From Micrococcus luteus NCTC 2665 (GTDB lineage Bacteria; Actinomycetota; Actinomycetes; Actinomycetales; Micrococcaceae): DNA of 32,000 nucleotides. The number at the start of each line of letters is the position of its first letter. Position 1 is the stretch's first letter. Shown here in pieces: positions 31,414 to 32,000 of the stretch. Made by a program: the position numbers and the translations under genes. The stretch spans positions 360,001-392,000 of the forward strand of contig NC_012803.1 of the NCBI RefSeq assembly GCF_000023205.1, read 5' to 3'. The notes under the pieces are model-generated. The model was not told where the DNA came from, searched no databases, and worked only from the letters and a program-made list of their open reading frames with translations.

Positions 31414-32000
31414 TCAGGGACGGACCGGCCCGCGGCCCTTGCCGGGGTGCTCCGGGCCGTGGCCCTTGCCCGGGTGGTCGCCGCCGTGGCCCGGGGTCGC
31501 GCCCACGCAGCGCAGCCACTCGCGCACGGAGTTCGCGGGCTTGCCCGGCACGCCGCGCGGATCGGTCACGCCGTCGCAGGTCTCGCCCGGGGAGGGCTCC
31601 GGCTCCGGGGTCGGCTCGGTCACGGGCGCGTCGAGCTGGAGGCCCACCAGGATCGGGTTGTGGTCCGAGGACCGCCACTGGTCCGCGGAGTACAGGTCCT
31701 CGGCCACGTAGTTGTGGCGCGAGTACTCCAGGGCCACGGATTCGTTCGCGTTGATCATCCAGATGTCCTGGCCGGAGATCGCCGCGGCCGCGGACGGCGA
31801 GGCGTAGATCCCGTCCAGGCTGCCGACGGCGCCGCCGAACGCGTACGAGTACTCGCCCGTGAGCGCTCCCTGCGAGACGTACCCGGCCGCCTCGAGCACG
31901 CGGATCGGGTCCTCCTTCTCGTAGGAGTTGAAGTCGCCCATGAGCAGGACGCGGTCGGTGCCGGTCTCGGCCTTCATGCGCTCGGCGAAGGCCACGAGGG
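31414..32000 (-). CDS. Endonuclease/exonuclease/phosphatase (EEP) family protein, C-terminal part (gene continues past the window end)
   Basis: The track ORF contains LLMGDFNS and the terminal catalytic SDHNPILV motif. A Pro/Glu linker follows, then a His/Gly/Lys-rich tail (HGGDHPGKGHGPEHPGKGRGP). The reading frame is open to the window edge. Confidence 0.8.
   Translation of the reverse strand, partial: LVAFAERMKAETGTDRVLLMGDFNSYEKEDPIRVLEAAGYVSQGALTGEYSYAFGGAVGSLDGIYASPSAAAAISGQDIWMINANESVALEYSRHNYVAEDLYSADQWRSSDHNPILVGLQLDAPVTEPTPEPEPSPGETCDGVTDPRGVPGKPANSVREWLRCVGATPGHGGDHPGKGHGPEHPGKGRGPVRP

Overview
This is a very GC-rich, densely coding bacterial chromosome segment. G/C at almost every third codon position, long GC-rich hairpin terminators and apparently leaderless starts point to a high-GC actinobacterium, plausibly Micrococcales; this cannot be verified without a database search. 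Content in order: the 5' part of an Lhr-type helicase and rlmH (-); a Tat-signal alpha/beta hydrolase (+); tRNA-Ser(CGA) and tadA (-); upp (+); a ~400-nt comparatively AT-rich leader; an orphan OmpR-type winged-helix regulator and a SixA-like histidine phosphatase (+); tRNA-Arg(ACG) (-); GTP-dependent PEP carboxykinase pckG (+); a 2.7-kb nested insertion-sequence composite (an IS256-family element inserted into orfA of an IS3-family element); a complete urease operon ureABC-EFGD followed by a NiCoT nickel permease and a urea transporter (+); hmp flavohemoglobin with an Rrf2/NsrR-type regulator (-); an RqlH-like RecQ helicase with a ComF/PRTase-like C-domain (+); phosphomannomutase/phosphoglucomutase (-); a YnfM-like MFS transporter (+); a CE4/NodB-like lipoprotein (-); a membrane-anchored hypothetical protein with L7/L12-CTD-like modules (+); tRNA-Ser(GCU) (-); a PRC-barrel/DUF2382 stress protein (-); a 651-aa FAD/NAD(P)-binding protein (+); and the 3' part of an EEP-family nuclease/phosphatase (-). 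There is no rRNA, CRISPR array, prophage or recognisable defence island. I did not find a convincing novel multi-gene system. The most unusual things actually visible are: (i) a 73-nt near-perfect palindrome with 31-bp perfect arms inside the 5' end of the MFS gene; (ii) the nested IS composite 58 nt upstream of ureA with no target duplication around the outer element; (iii) the AT-rich, GTCAC-motif-laden leader of the orphan regulator; and (iv) an alpha/beta hydrolase that appears to have lost its nucleophile elbow. Many long ORFs in the supplied track are antisense or off-frame artefacts of the GC-rich composition.
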